Assembly: GCA_964270895.1 (NCBI GenBank)
Contig: OZ185449.1
Direction: 5' to 3' (one strand)
From: Podarcis filfolensis
Taxonomy: Eukaryota
Length of the DNA: 64,000 nucleotides
The notes under the pieces are model-generated. The model made no database searches. It was not told the DNA's origin and saw only the letters and a program-made list of their open reading frames with translations. This document shows, piece by piece, positions 13,228 to 26,959 of the stretch. Each line of letters opens with the position of its first letter. Position 1 is the stretch's first letter. Position numbers and translations under genes: made by a program.

Positions 13228-13572
13228 CATACCCTCCAACATTTCTCCGATGAAAATAGGGACATTCCATTCCATAATGATAGTTTTACTATTTATACCC
13301 CACACATCTTACTGGGCTGCCCCAGCCACTCTGGGCAGTTTCCAACATATATAAAAACATAATAAAACATTAAACATTTTTAAAAACTTTCTTATACCGG
13401 ATTACCTTCAGATGGCTCGGGGGTCAGATAACTCTATACTCTCTAACATTTCTCCAATGAAAATCAAGACATTCTAAGGAAAAGTGGGACATTCCAGGAT
13501 CAAATCAGAAACCAAGGCAGCTTCTCTAAATCAGGGACATACCTGGAAAATAGGGACACTTGGAAGGGTCTG
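13228..13572. mobile_element. Composite MITE (CATACCC...GGGTCTG ends) carrying a LINE 3' tail; 6-bp TSD cagctc
   Basis: Same architecture as the inverted copy at 49419-49751; TSD at 13222-13227 and 13573-13578. Confidence 0.85.
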
Positions 13573-14399
13573 CAGCTCACTTCTGGAGGACTATAAACCA
13601 GGCTCTTAATCAAGTGTGTAGAGATTTGTATCAGGAATGCACACATCAGAGGCTATCTAACTACAAACCTCAAGCTTCTTGTTTGTCAAACCACATACCA
13701 CCTTCAGTCCCTCCAGAACAAGATCTATTTTCATGTATACATGTGCAGTTTTCCCTGATGCACAGTGATGCTTTTTTCTTTTTCATGTTTACTTCAGTCA
13801 GTAGCCCACATTTTCCCAAGAGCAATGACAAATAAATATAGAAGACAAGGTCCTGTTCTGGAAAGAGGAATGGTAGGAAGAAAGAAGGGCAACTGGAAAA
13901 AAACAACCAATCTGCTGCTGCCCAGCAAGCCAGAGGATCAGTGGACAAAGGAGTGGAGATATGGCCTCCTGGCAATTCTCATTACAGCAGTTGCCACTCC
14001 CATCACATCTCTTTTGCCTCTTTGTTTGAAATTTTGCTGTCAGGAATCACTTTTTGGGGAGTGGAGGCAGACTGGTTCCAATCACTAGTTACCAATCCTT
14101 ACGCATTACAGTATAAGCAAACAAAAAGGGCTGTTTTTCATTCATGTCTTACCTAGTGTTAATGGCTGCTTAAACATCTTCTCAGTAAAGATCTGTGTTT
14201 ACCAAGTGTAAAAAATTCTGTTGGGCTTCACACTGCAAGGATTTAATACTTTAGTATGCACCCGTCATATCCAAAGAATGTAAGAGATGTCCAGGCTAAG
14301 CTAGATTTCCTGCTTTCAACCGATAACATAAAAAACGTTTATCCCTTTGCTTTTGTTAAGCTATTTAATTCCTGACATGTCACCATTTCTCTTTTCTAG

Positions 14400-14467
14400 A
14401 TTATCCTTAAGAATTGAGCCAGGAAACAGCTCTCCGCGACTGGTATCTTCAAAGGAAGATCTTGCAG
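14400..14467 (+). CDS. RALGPS1: RALGPS1 coding exon (68 nt, phase 2 to 1): [22 protein letters not shown]; end of the CDC25 GEF region
   Basis: ttttctag acceptor and G|gtatga donor; the peptide matches the recalled human RALGPS1 segment [22 protein letters not shown]. Upstream exons were not found in the window. Confidence 0.95.
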
Positions 14468-15626
14468 GTATGATTAAATTTATTGGGAATGTTAAGAACC
14501 TTACAACATAGCATTACTTAACTCTACAATTTCACAGTCTTTTTGCTATTGGTCAGGGCTGCACACCATTTTCTATCCAAAGACCACCCTGGTGATTCCT
14601 TTTTCATAGGCGCCCTGATGTTTATGTGGTTGTGACACACACTTGGGCCTGTTTGTTTTCCTTTGACAGATGTCCTCAGATGCTGAAAAGCTATTTCTAA
14701 TGTATAGTGAAGGGTCAGATTCCACAGTGTTTATGGAGATGAGGTGAAATTACTGGAGTGTTTCGTAGCATTCAGAGCTACTGTACTGGGACTATGGTTT
14801 TCAGAAAGCCTTACTGCAAAAGTTTTATCTTAGATCAATAATGGTTGAGAAGACTGGTTATTGCATAAGACATAAAATCCATTGATCAATAGTCTGATCC
14901 CAATTTGAGAAGTGTGCTTTCTCTGTCACAATCAATATTCAAAATTTAGTGATCAGTGGCATTCACGTGTGAATGCTTGACAATGCCTGATAAATTTTGT
15001 GAATGCCTGAGCCTGAAAATAGATTTCTGTTTCTTCAGTTCTTGGATATTAACAAGTAAATGCTGACAATGATATTAACCTGAGAATTACTTATGAATTC
15101 CTTATAGTGATGATGCTTCCTACTGGAAGGAACAAGCAGGGTCTACTGAAAGCTTTCTTCTCCTCTCTAGGAGGAGGAAGAGTCACCCTTCTCACCTGAC
15201 CAGTTCTGGTGATGGTTGGGGCCGTGGATGGATGGTTAACCAGCACAGATTTGAGCTTTCAGAACATTGACATTTATCAGGGATTGTCAACATACAGTGA
15301 TTGTTCGTATTCACTATTGTAATTCCATAATTTTGAATATTTACCAGCCAACAAACTTGGGTAGTTGTGGTAGTTTTTGCATTTTGAATGTTCACTGCAG
15401 AATGTATAAAAAAATGACAAAGCTGTCTTCATTCATTTTACAAATAATAATTAGGATTATAATATACCTGAAACTTAAACACATATCTTAGCAATTCAGC
15501 TGTCGTTAAGAATAGACTTGCATGCAAAAAACAAAACAAAACTCCATTTGTGAATAGGAAAGTAGGTTGGAAAATGATTGGGAAACTGGATAGGTCATTT
15601 TGTGTGTTGCGTTGGAAGAGACTTAG

Positions 15627-15965
15627 TATTATTATTATTTATTCATTTATACACTGCTTATATGCCAAAATGGCTTCTAGATGGTTTTCAACTATAAAAC
15701 CAATTAGAAAAAACATACATAATTAAAATATACAATAACAATTCCATTAGGATATTAAAACACCCATAATTAAAATGCACCCTAAAACAACCATTTTAAA
15801 AGCATGATACTGTAATTAAAACAGTTGAACAGTTAAGACAGTAAGATCAGAAGTTGAGTTCGTGGAACACTTTCCTAAACAGGTTTTTCTTCAAGAGCTG
15901 GCAGAATGACACTAATGATTGGTCTCTCGTATTTCTGTAGGGAGAGCATTCTATCATACTGTTGC
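15627..15965 (-). mobile_element. Old L2-like LINE 3' fragment
   Basis: (ATT)n/ATTT tail followed by AT-rich 3'UTR and ggagagcattc..gttgccacc, as recalled for L2 ends. Confidence 0.45.
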
Positions 15966-16409
15966 CACCAGTTCAGAAACTATAATGGCTATAACAATGT
16001 CCATCAGTGGAGTTACATGCAATAAGCTGGAGTGCCTTGAGCAGAATAGCTCAAGAGAACACATAAAAGTGAACTGAGACCAAGCCAACTCCATGCTGCT
16101 AAACACCATTGTGTAGCAGATACACAATGCAGATAAATGTTTGTATATAGAATATATACAATAGAGGGAAGAACAGAAGCCGCCACCAAAATATATAGCA
16201 AATATGAAACAATAGGCAGATGTGTTGGAATCTCTATAATATAAACTTTGCATTTTTATATTAAGGTGGCTTTTAAAAAAACACCCACTCATACATAGGT
16301 TTCTATGCTTGCCTTCTGCAATGGGTTTTAGTACTAGTTTCATCTTTCAGCTTGTTGTCATAGCAGCAGCAGTGTGTGTCTTCAAGGTGCCTGGGGCAGG
16401 CGGGCACAT

Positions 16410-16679
16410 CAGGGGGATATGGAGGGCGATGTGAGGAGGATGCAGCGGGGCAGGCATACACCCTTAAAAACAGTCTGATTGGGCTGATTGGAAGGGCACA
16501 ATTCTGTTGTGTCCTCCTGACGCCCTGCCAGCCCCACACTGCTTTGTGAGGCTGAGATGAGGGTCAGACTTGCAAAGCAGTGCAGGGCTGGCAAGGGCGA
16601 CGTGAGGAGTAAAATGCACCCTCAAAAATCCTGTGCCTGTGGTGACGGCCCCCCTCACCCTATCCATGCTACACCCCTG
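16410..16679. mobile_element. Decayed hAT-like MITE
   Basis: cagggg ... gctacacccctg ends; no clear TSD. Confidence 0.4.
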
Positions 16680-16697
16680 TGTCATAGAATACATATA

Positions 16698-16844
16698 TTG
16701 TATTTTTCTGCCTATAAGACGCCCCCTATTTTGGGGGACTCAGATTTAAGAAAATGGGGGGAGATGGCCCAGAGTATAAGACGCCCCCTAATTTTTGACA
16801 TTATTTTTAAGGGGGGGCCTAGTCTTATACACGGAAAAATACAG
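16698..16844. mobile_element. Tc1/mariner-type MITE related to 11548-11795
   Basis: TA|ttgtatttttc ... ggaaaaatacag|TA with internal tataagacgcccc repeats. Confidence 0.75.
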
Positions 16845-17881
16845 TAGTTCAGCTTGAGTAGTTTTGAAGAAGTAGAGCAAACTTCTGAACCACACAGAGA
16901 GTAGCTAGAAGCATAGGTTGTCAGAACATGTAAAAGTTTTTCATATATATATATATATGGTAAATTGGTAAGAGTTTTAATCCAGTTTCTCTCTCTCTCT
17001 CTCTCTTCTATCTCTTTCTCACATGCACACAAACATGCACGATAAAATGGAACTGTTTCTAAATCTGTGGGCTTGGCCAGAACAGTTTGGCACAGGGGCA
17101 AGATTAGCTAGCCAAGCCCACCTCACCAGCCCCCATGGAGACTGCCAGAGACCAGTTCTCCTGGGTGGCATTGATTCAGAGCCTCGTTGTTAGGTTTATT
17201 TCCACTGTGCATCCCACTGGTTTGAACAGGAGATGATTTTAAAAACCCAAACTGCTGTTGTATAAAGGAACATAGCCATGGGGTAGAAGTGAATGCTCTG
17301 TAACTACCATAGTTTGATGTGCTTGAGGTTGATTATATACATTTACCTTTTTATCAGCCCCTACCAACAAATCAGAAAGCAAGGCAATCTCCCATGACAT
17401 GCCTACTTCAGGGTTTATAACTATTTAAATTCTTCTTTCTTTGAGAGCTGTCTAAGTGGTTCTTGCATGAAAAATCAGCGTTGTTAAATTGGTTTAGCAT
17501 GCAGTATAAATGTTGCCATGCTGATGTGTTCATACTGTTGTATCTTTCTCAGTAGACTTAATACTGGCAATGAGTTTAGCTAACTTTCACTTGTGCTGAG
17601 GCATTATGTTATAGGACACACCTCTTACGCCTGATATGTTAGGGCATGCTCTTCTTAAGTGTTTTGCTCCTGCAGTTAAGCTGATAGTATCCCATCCTAT
17701 CAATATTTCCATAGTTTGTTTGAATTATACAGTATCTGTCTTCTGGGTCTATGCAACTGGACAAACATGCACATCCATAGGGCATGCAATAGATAAATGC
17801 AATTGGCAGACTTGAAGTAAAATTACTTCCAGTACCTGGCATAGAAAATGCAATGGAAGATACCACTAGATTCTTCGAATA

Positions 17882-18100
17882 CAGTCATACATTGTGTTAC
17901 AAACGCTTCAGGTTGCATTTTTTTGGGTTACGCACCCGCGTACCGGAACGGGTTACTTCTGGGCTCTGGCGCATGCGCAGAAGCGCTAAATCATGCTTTG
18001 CGCATGCACAGAAGTGTTGAATCGCAACCCGCGCGTGTGCAGAAACGCCGCTGCGGGTTGCATCCCGCACAGATTACGTTCACAACCCGAGCGTCCACTG
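17882..18100. mobile_element. Tc1/mariner (Tigger-like) MITE, opposite orientation to 7998-8242
   Basis: TA|cagtcatac ... gcgtccactg|TA; internal gcgcatgcgcagaag motifs. Confidence 0.78.
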
Positions 18101-21100
18101 TACATTCCTCAGGATAATTCTGCAATATTCCCACCACAGTACATCAAAGGGAGATACAGGAAAAACATCTTATGAGTAAGGCTCCACAGATTACATCTTT
18201 GTGTAAACCAGAGAGCTGTAATCTAGTTCAGAATGACTGGTCACTTTTCACAAGAATGTTCCCTGTCTCAAATGACAGTAAATCCTGCATTTTCAAGAAC
18301 CATTTTTATGTGTGTGAGTGTTATATAGTGGCCATGAATCATCGAGCCTTAGCCACAAACTCATCTGATAGGCAAAGTACAGCTTCTCAGCCTCATTCCC
18401 ATCCCCTCTTCTCCGCAGTTTTGGAAATGCTGACCTACCTGATAAGATTGCTGTAATGATTACTAGCAACATTTGTGAAGTGCTAGGCACAGTCAAAAAA
18501 TTCCTCAAAAATCCGCATTATGACTAGAGGCCAAAATCTTGCAATTTTGGGGGTAGATAGTGATGCTATCAAAGAAAGTTACCAAGCTACCTTAATATGT
18601 GGCACCAATAGTTACCTCCCACTGCTGACATCTAGATTAAATAGTGTGATTTCTAGGCAGTGACACAGGTCCTATCAATTTAAAAATCAAATACTGACTA
18701 GTTATTCTGCAACTTTACTGCTAGCTTCAGGGTCTTGGTTTGTACAAAGTCCTCTTCCTAAACTACACCTTTGAAGATTGCCCATCCTATGGAAGTGAAG
18801 CATTGCAAAGATAATTCTATAGATACAATCACCTTTTGTTCATTGTTTGCTCTATAAAAATATCATGACTATTTTTACTGAAATTGCTTAATTCCATTCA
18901 TGACAAAGTTCACAATATATGCATATTGACTTCCCCCCCTCTGAAACAGGTATCTGTGAGATTTTCCTGACATCTAGAATTCTAGAATCTAGAATTCATA
19001 ATGAGCAGAGGGTTGAAATAATAGATTTCTGAATTGTTGCTGACTTCATTTTCAGTGTTTCCTCATGAGCTTCCATTTGCATTCTTAAGTATGTGTAAGT
19101 GATACCCAGCTCCCTGTAATTGCCAGTTGACTGAAGTGTCCAAATTAACTGTGCTGTATCCTGTTTCTGTGATATGCATGGACAAGAGGAATGTGGTATG
19201 CACAACGTTCCTAATTCCCTAATTCAGAAGTTCGTTTTGGAACACGAGAGGTAGTATAAATATGTCTTTAAACCAGACTAAACAAATCAGGACATGCAAA
19301 CTGATATACCAGCTATTATCCTGAAGGCAGTTTCTGTTCAAAACTGTCATTGATGTGCCAGCTTTGTGTTTTGCCATATTTACAGAAATAAGTTTAACTG
19401 CTTTGGAAGTACCCATGTAAGATATGGAGGATTTCACTTGATGTTTAGAGGTGCTTTTGTATGAGTTTGTCTTGTATTTCAGTGGGAACTATTTGAACAT
19501 ATTCCTTTGTAAGAAGAAATCATTGAATTTACAAAATGTGTCTGCTTCTGATTGCCACATTTTCCTTTTCCTTTTTCGTACAATCCATTGCTGCTTTTAG
19601 ATCATCATAATGTTACAAAAGTTGGGTGCGTCCCCCTCTTTCTGCTGAGCAGTAGCAAGAGTCCATGGGGTTCCAGGCACTCCCCTGGGGTCTGTGTTCC
19701 TTTGGAGAACTGAGACACTGTTGAAGCTTTAAGAAATATAGCATATTCACTTATTTACACCTGCATGGAGGGAGTCCAGATCATACAGCATGGTCATTTC
19801 ATGAGAGGCTTGTCCCCCCACAGCAGTGCAGCCAGCCTTCAGCCAGCCTGCCAAAGATGGATTCTTCCTCCTTCTTCTCAGAACACCCTACTAAAAACTC
19901 TCTTTTCCTCTAAACCCAGTTACACTAGCAACCTTCTAAACCCCCAGTCTCTGTTCACACCTCAGGGCAAGGAGGGAGGATAGTTCTCTTGCATTGCCAA
20001 TAGATTTCAATGACCCTGTATTGTCTCTTAATGGCACTAGCTTGGCCAGGTCATTTTGCATAGGCTAGCTCAGGAATTCCTCTGCAGATTGTATCTCTCC
20101 CTTCACATCCCAAATAATAAAAACGCTACCATTTATTAATTTCTGGGGTTCAGGAGGGTCCCTCCAAAATCTATAACACCATCACCCCTTCAGCAGAAGG
20201 GACTGCTTTCCACAGGTTTGCAAGAAATAAAAGAAAAGTTACTAACAGTATTCAGAACACAACATCAAAGTAGATCAAAGAAACATGACACATTTAAAAA
20301 CACAATAACAGCTCCTCTTCAAGCAATCTCCAGCTTCCCTGGAATCCTCCAGGCTTTCTCTTTCCTCTTGGGGTACACTCTGGTCACTGTTCCACATCCC
20401 AATGCAGCTTACCCAATCGCCTACACTTGGCAGCGAAGATGATGGGTTTCCCCGATATATTTAAGCCAGGATGCCAGTTGTCTCACCCAAAGGCCCTTCT
20501 TTATCGCTATCATAATTACTAATCAGAACAATTTGTAGGGTTGCAATATGTCCCCTCTTTCCTGGACACATCCTCTTTTTCAATATTAAAATGATCCCAG
20601 CTTTGCAAAGCTGCACAGGGCTCTGATCATATCCTCTCGCCCCCAGCTTGGGCAGGGTGGTGCAAGGACACCATTCACCCTTCAATCCCTGCCCCTCAAG
20701 GATGAAGTTGGGATTGAAGGGCACATGACATCCTTCCCTGAGCTGCTTTGTGAGGCTAGGATCTGATCAGTTCTGTGTCACATTCACTTTTTCCTCTGGC
20801 CCCACCCATCACTGGCATGCAGCCCATGGAAATTTGCCTAGAAGTGGATATGGCCATTGGGATGAAGAAAGTTCCCCACCCATGATAGAGATTAATACAT
20901 TGAGACAAATAAGAAAAGTTCAGTGGAGCCAAAGACCTGAAATACATGGAGTGGTAGTAGGTCTGCATCATGGAAATACACGGCCCCAATGAATTCAAGA
21001 GAGCAAAAAAGTGGTCCATTCACAATTGTTGTCACTGATTATCAAAACTTACTAGCTATGTTGATTCAACACTGGTAAAAGAAACACAAAGTGCCAATTA

Positions 21101-23524
21101 AGTCCCAAACTGAATTAAATTCACTGATTAAATAGTTCAGCTATTTCATGCTGGAACCTTCTTTGAACTCTTGCTGTTGAAAAGTGGTGGCTTCTAGATT
21201 AACAGTAGAGTGTTATGGGAGACAGAAATGTTTTCCCACTGGTGTCAGAATGTTGCCACTTCTTATGCCAACCTTTACATTTTTCCTCTTGCATGGCCTA
21301 TTTGTCTCATGTAGACAGGAGAAGGGCAGTGTTGTCAAGGGATGGTTTATATCAAGTTGGAGGATGTGCAGATGAGTGAGCCACTGATGCTGTGGTTGCT
21401 GGTTTTGAGTTCTGTAGCTGAGTAGATTATGTGGGCATAGTTGGCATTTGCTTGTTGCAGGGTCTATATCGCAGGTTTAACTATCTGCAAGGTGATTAAT
21501 CATCTAGCAATTTTAGATTAGAGTGTTCTTCCTTGCTGAATCTTACAGCCTGCAGAGACTTCTTTTGGTTCAAAAAAAAAAGTGCCAGAATAAAGATACA
21601 TGCACCTGCTTGTAGTTTGGCCCTCCCGCTACTGGTTCCCTGGAGTTTGTGGATATTCGGTAAGTTATGACACTCAGTTAATATGTTAGTGCATAGCCAA
21701 TGGCTAGGAATGATGGGAGTTGTAGACCAATAACATCTGGAGGACCGTAAGTGTTAATATTATAGTAGTTTGCCGAGAAAGCTTACATATATATACATAT
21801 ATATTCCAAGGTGGAAGTCACTTTACCGTTCTTCATTTAAGCTTGCAGGTTTTCTTCTCTGTAGCTAATAGCAGCTCCAGGGGGTGTGATCTGAGCCAGG
21901 CTGCAGCAACAGTTATCTCCCACCCCTCAGACCACAGACTAAGGGTTCTGCAATTGTTTTTACAAAAAGAAAATTAATGTCAGAAGCACCAAAATTATTG
22001 CTCCAGTATCACATGTAGTTTGGCCCACATTGGCCCTGTTTATTTATTTTTAAAATAGTCCTCAAGTGCATTATAGGAATGATGAAAGAAAGTTCAAATT
22101 TAAAAAATAAAGTTTTAGAAAGAAATGTTGAGCTGGATGCAAAACAGGATCCTTTGACATTGTTGTATCCAGGAAAGATTATCATCCATCTCTTTGGGAT
22201 CAAAATCCTTTGGAACAGGATGAGTGTTTATTTTGTCACATAAGTGAATAATTCCTGAAAAACAGATTCTTTGCAAACTGTGAGCTTTATCACTTTGTCA
22301 CCATAAGCTTTCAGTAGCATCTGTTGTGGTTGGGCTTGATCAGGCCCACGTCTCTCCCATATAAGCTTTTTGTGGCGGGGGGGGGGGGGGAGGTAGGTTT
22401 GTTTAGTTGAAGGCTGCCCACAGTGGCCTTTGGAAATACTCCTGTAGCTCCATTCTTCCATTAGGTTTTCCATCTGAGGCTGGCTCTAGCATGCAGTTTT
22501 GACAGGCTCACCACTGCCTTTTGGTCCTTGCCCAGCTGGAAAGCTCTAATCTGCTGCCAATAATACAATAAATGCCATCGGTTTTTCATACGTATGTGTG
22601 TTAGTGCCCACTAAACAAGAAGCACTTATAGGACTATAAAAGTGTTGTTAAACAGATCAAGAAATGAACATTTCTGAAGCTTAAATGCATTCCTGAACCA
22701 AGTTGTTTAAGCAGAGTTGCTTGTGTGGTGTGATACTGAGGACAACTAAATAAACACAAAAAATTCAGCTGTTGCCCCAGCAACAAAAACGTTCAGTGTG
22801 GTCAATACATTGTATAGTTGGAACTGGAGCAGACATTTTTTGTTAAGGTGTTCCAAGATATTTCTATTAGAAATCCCTATTTTTAGTGGCTCATAACTTT
22901 CCCTTAGTTCATGCTGGAATATCCTGGACCATGGAGCTTATCTCAATCACTACTAAAAATGAAGAGAGGGGGATTTCTTTATTGTCTCCATTCTTTGGAT
23001 TCTAGATTTGCAACGTGGTAGGGTCAGCGTGTCCCTTTTACATCAGCCGTACTGGCTTTTGCAGCATGTGTGAAATTCTGCCCAGGGTCAGCCAAGTTAC
23101 AGTCCTCTGAAAGACAGGGGTTAGTACGTGTTCAGCAGAGAGGGTTATTCAGTAAAGTTCCATTCCACTAAGACTGTTTTCAGCTTAGAGGAGACACAAT
23201 TATTCTTTCCCTCTGCCCCTCAGCCCTGGCAGTGGTTCCTTCAGTCCACCAGGGGCTACCTGATTATGAAAACTGTTTTCTGTAATCTTACTCATACTGC
23301 AGAAGACAAAGAGCTTTCACAGAAATAATAAAAAGACTGGGTTTCTGGTACTAAATAAAAAGCAGTGTGTGCCAGTCAGGACTGCATAGGGGCATATAGA
23401 CTCATTAACCTGGAAAAAAAGGAAACTACCAAAGGAAAGAGACATGGGAAAGTTGAAGGTTGAAAAGGAAGATCATTATCACTATCATTATCATTTATTC
23501 CCATCAGATGTCAAGGAGATAAAT

Positions 23525-23670
23525 AACTACAACCTTCAGAAGACATCTGAAGGCAACCTTGTATAGGGAAGTTTTTAATGTCTGGTGTTTTATTTTGTTT
23601 TTATGTGCTTTGGAAGCTGCTCAGAGTGGTTGGTTCAACCCAGCCAGATGGACAGGGTATAAATAACGAC
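23525..23670 (+). mobile_element. L2-like LINE 3' tail (same family as the tail inside the composite MITE)
   Basis: catctgaaggc..tatagggaagtttt..ggaagctgctcagagtgg..cagccagatggacagggtataaat. Confidence 0.6.
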
Positions 23671-23689
23671 GTTTTTTGCTAAAAAAAAA

Positions 23690-23964
23690 TATAGTAAAAA
23701 ATTGGGGGTTGTCTTATACATGGATGGTGAATGCACAGGGGTTTGAGCTCTGGCGCAGGTGGCCTGGGCTTGGGTTCAGACTCTGATGCGGGTGACCTAG
23801 GTGGCCCAGGCTAAGCCTCTTGAAATATGGCAATCCAAACTTTGGGCCACCTCCCACCAGAATTATTCTGTTTGATTTTTAAAATACTGATTTCTTAATT
23901 TTATGTTAAAATAAAATAGGGGTTGTCTTATACATGGGAGCATCTTATACACACAAAAGTACAG
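23690..23964. mobile_element. Partial Tc1/mariner-type MITE (16698 family)
   Basis: Repeated gtcttatacatgg and terminal aaaagtacag|TA. Confidence 0.55.
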
Positions 23965-26834
23965 TAATAACATTATTATTATCATCATTATTAATAAAAT
24001 GTCTGTGCTGAGGTCACACATGGGGTGTTCTGTAGTGCTAATGAACTGAGTTATCATAATCCATTCAGGTGAGCAGCAGCTTCTTTGATTCCTTTGCTTT
24101 AGTGAAGTTTGTATGTTGGCCATCTGATGACTGCAGAATTAAGGGTTCGTTCCTACCCATCTTTAGCAAATGCCTGCTCCTACTCCACTGAAGATTATTT
24201 CATTGAAATGTGGTTTTCTTGCAAAGTGTCCTGTGACAACATGAAACTCAGTCAGTACAGCTTTATTCTCCGACAATTTTGGCTTTGACATGTCAGAGCA
24301 AACCAGCTGTCTGCTTGTTTGCCAACCAGCTTTCCAGAAATCAGACCAAGTGATGGACAAGAGACAGAAGTACTTTTCACAACAGAGTAGTTTTATATTG
24401 ATGGCTGGTTTTCTGTTTCTGCTGCCACCATTCATGCTAAATTCTGAATGCTACCCATAGAGTAAAACTAGCCCATTAGTACCATTTATATGTAGTAAAA
24501 AGCTTTCAAATTCAGGGTTGTACAAAGTACCTACGTTTTTAGAAGTTGTAGAATTCTAATGGGGACATTTTAAGTTCTTTAGTGGTGCCACAGAATCATG
24601 AGGACTGGGAGACAATATCTATTTGGACAGCATTTAAAATATTTCAACTGTTCACATTTTCCAATCAAGTGTCTTATGATGAAAAAAGCCATCTGTGTTC
24701 CTGTAACGTAGACGAAAAGATGTCCAACATGAGCACCATAGCCAGCAGACGGATTGTTTTGGAACATGTGCTTCAATAATTTTTCCCAGAGAATGTTTTA
24801 ACGTAATACAGAGCAGAAATTGTGTATGTTCCCAACATCTGATAGCTCTTAAATGTAGAAAAGTGTTAAAGAATTGTCCTTATTCCTAAAACCTCACCAT
24901 TAAGTTTCTAGCAGCTTTCCGTGTTCCTCAGTAATGCATTTTGGTCTGATGCAAACCTGCTTTGCATTTTTGCTGTATGCATTTCAATACGATCAGTGTC
25001 ATTTTAAGAAACCAAACATATTAGTGGATACAGTACATATAAGACTCACTTCACACAAGTTATTTTCTTACACAGAAATAATGTCAGTGATGAAGTTAAA
25101 ATTGATTTACTGGCTACTGTATATTTTTAGAAAGAAGTATTAATTTAGGTGCAAAAACATGACCCAGGAAGCCAGGGTCTGCATCAGCATCACAATCCAT
25201 GTCCTTGTGATTAGAATAAAAATCCAACCCAAAAGACAGTGTACACTCTCCACACACCCCTCCCTTTGTAGAGATTATCTCACCATAGGTAAAGCATTAT
25301 CTGTGAAGCATTCCATAGTCTGGACTGTTGTGTGTTAGGTCTTTGCACTGTTTGACCCTTGAACTTCCAATACAGTCTCTAGGAAGAATCATGGAGGATA
25401 GAAGAAAATGGCCAATCATTACATACACTGTAGTGTTTATTTGAGAGGTGAAGGACTAGGTCAAGCAGGTCATGTTCTTTTCAAGGCAGTAGGCAGTGCT
25501 CCAGCCATAAATAGATCCTTTTGTTTCTTCAATTTCTTCAGGCTAAACTCCGTGAAACCACATCACTGTTGAGGCCCCATAATACTTCCCGACAAGAGCA
25601 TTCTCGTTTCCATTACCCCACTGTGAATGCAGAAGAGCAACTCCCTTAAGTCAGAGGAATTACATTACCGTAATGAGGTGGAAATTGGCCCAGTCATGCT
25701 CAATATGTCTGACCCTGGAACGAGCTTGCAATGAGCGCACTTTGTTAGATCTGGAGTACATGCAATATAAGAGTTAAAAAGAAGAAAAATGAAAAGAGAG
25801 AATAAGCAAAGATGTTTGTGCATTTATATTCCTTTGGCCAGTCAGGCTACTACACTGGTGACGTAATCCGGATGGAACTTCCTTCATTTTGGATTCAAAG
25901 GAAAACATCGTTTTCCACGTAAACAATTAGTCTGACATTTAGTTATGCAGTTTGTGTTAGATGTAACCTTGGATACTAGTAAATAGCTTTGTTGTGGATG
26001 TTTTAGTAGCAAGTCATTTACTGCAAGCCAGAAGTGCCTAATTGTCATGCCTGTTCTTAATTTTGGTCTTATGGCTTTGATAGCTTATTTTCTGGTAGTC
26101 ATTAAAGAGACAGGAATGAAATGTCCATCAGAACCCTTCCTCCCATCTCTGGCGCTGACAGTGGTACAACTTCAGTAGTTTCCTAATCTTAACAGATGCC
26201 CATTTGATTTATTTCTCTGTGTTTGGGGGCTTGGAATATTGTTTTTATCTGCTCCCAAATTTATTGACAAATTTCATTTGTCTGCTTTAAGCCCAGGTGA
26301 AGAAAGCTTCATGCTGCAACTGAAGGCAGTGCCACCACCAGCGGTAGTTACTTATTAGCATTACTGAAGACTTAAAATCCTTCACCAGACATAAAAACTC
26401 AGAATCCTCTTTTGCACCCCACCCTTGGTGGCAAACTTAGTTCCTCCTGGTATTCAACTACCCTCCCCTTGGTGACTGAACCTATACCTTCGCTAAGCCA
26501 AGGGCTGTCAACATGGCAATGACAGGCACCAGTTTGCCTGCCCAAAAAGGTCTCAGTAAATGTCCCTTCAAAAATCCATGAAGCATGAGAGACTGTTTCA
26601 TTTTCTTGCTCAAATTCTGTTTGTACTGGTCCAGCCACCCCTAATTTGAACATGACCCCTTAAATATGCCCAGATTTCATTGGACTGGAACCCTCCATCC
26701 CTTCTGCTCTGAACAGAGGAGAGGTGGAAATTGCTTTTCTTTGTGAGCAAGTATGGCAGTGGTGGATATAGGTGCTTTCTCCAAGTCTGTGCCTGTGGAG
26801 TAATTGCAGCAACAGTGAGACCATCCCCCCCCGC

Positions 26835-26959
26835 CAGTGGTGTAGCGTGGGGGGTGCAGGGGGGGCCGGCCGCACCGGGCGCAACATCTGGGGGTTAGGG
26901 TTAGGGGGCGCAAATTACTTGCCTTGCCCCGGGTGCTGACAACCCACGCTACGCCACTG
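26835..26959. mobile_element. hAT-type MITE (125 bp) with perfect 8-bp TSD ccccccgc
   Basis: TIRs cagtggtgtagcgtggg / cccacgctacgccactg; TSD at 26827-26834 and 26960-26967. Confidence 0.9.

Noticed and set aside
14959-14976. 18-bp near-palindrome gcattcacgtgtgaatgc containing an E-box
   Set aside because: Too short to distinguish from chance without conservation data.
24583-24779. In-frame 65-codon alternative terminal exon after a ttctttag acceptor
   Set aside because: Weak tract with a competing AG a few bases upstream and an unrecognisable peptide; an ORF this long is expected by chance.
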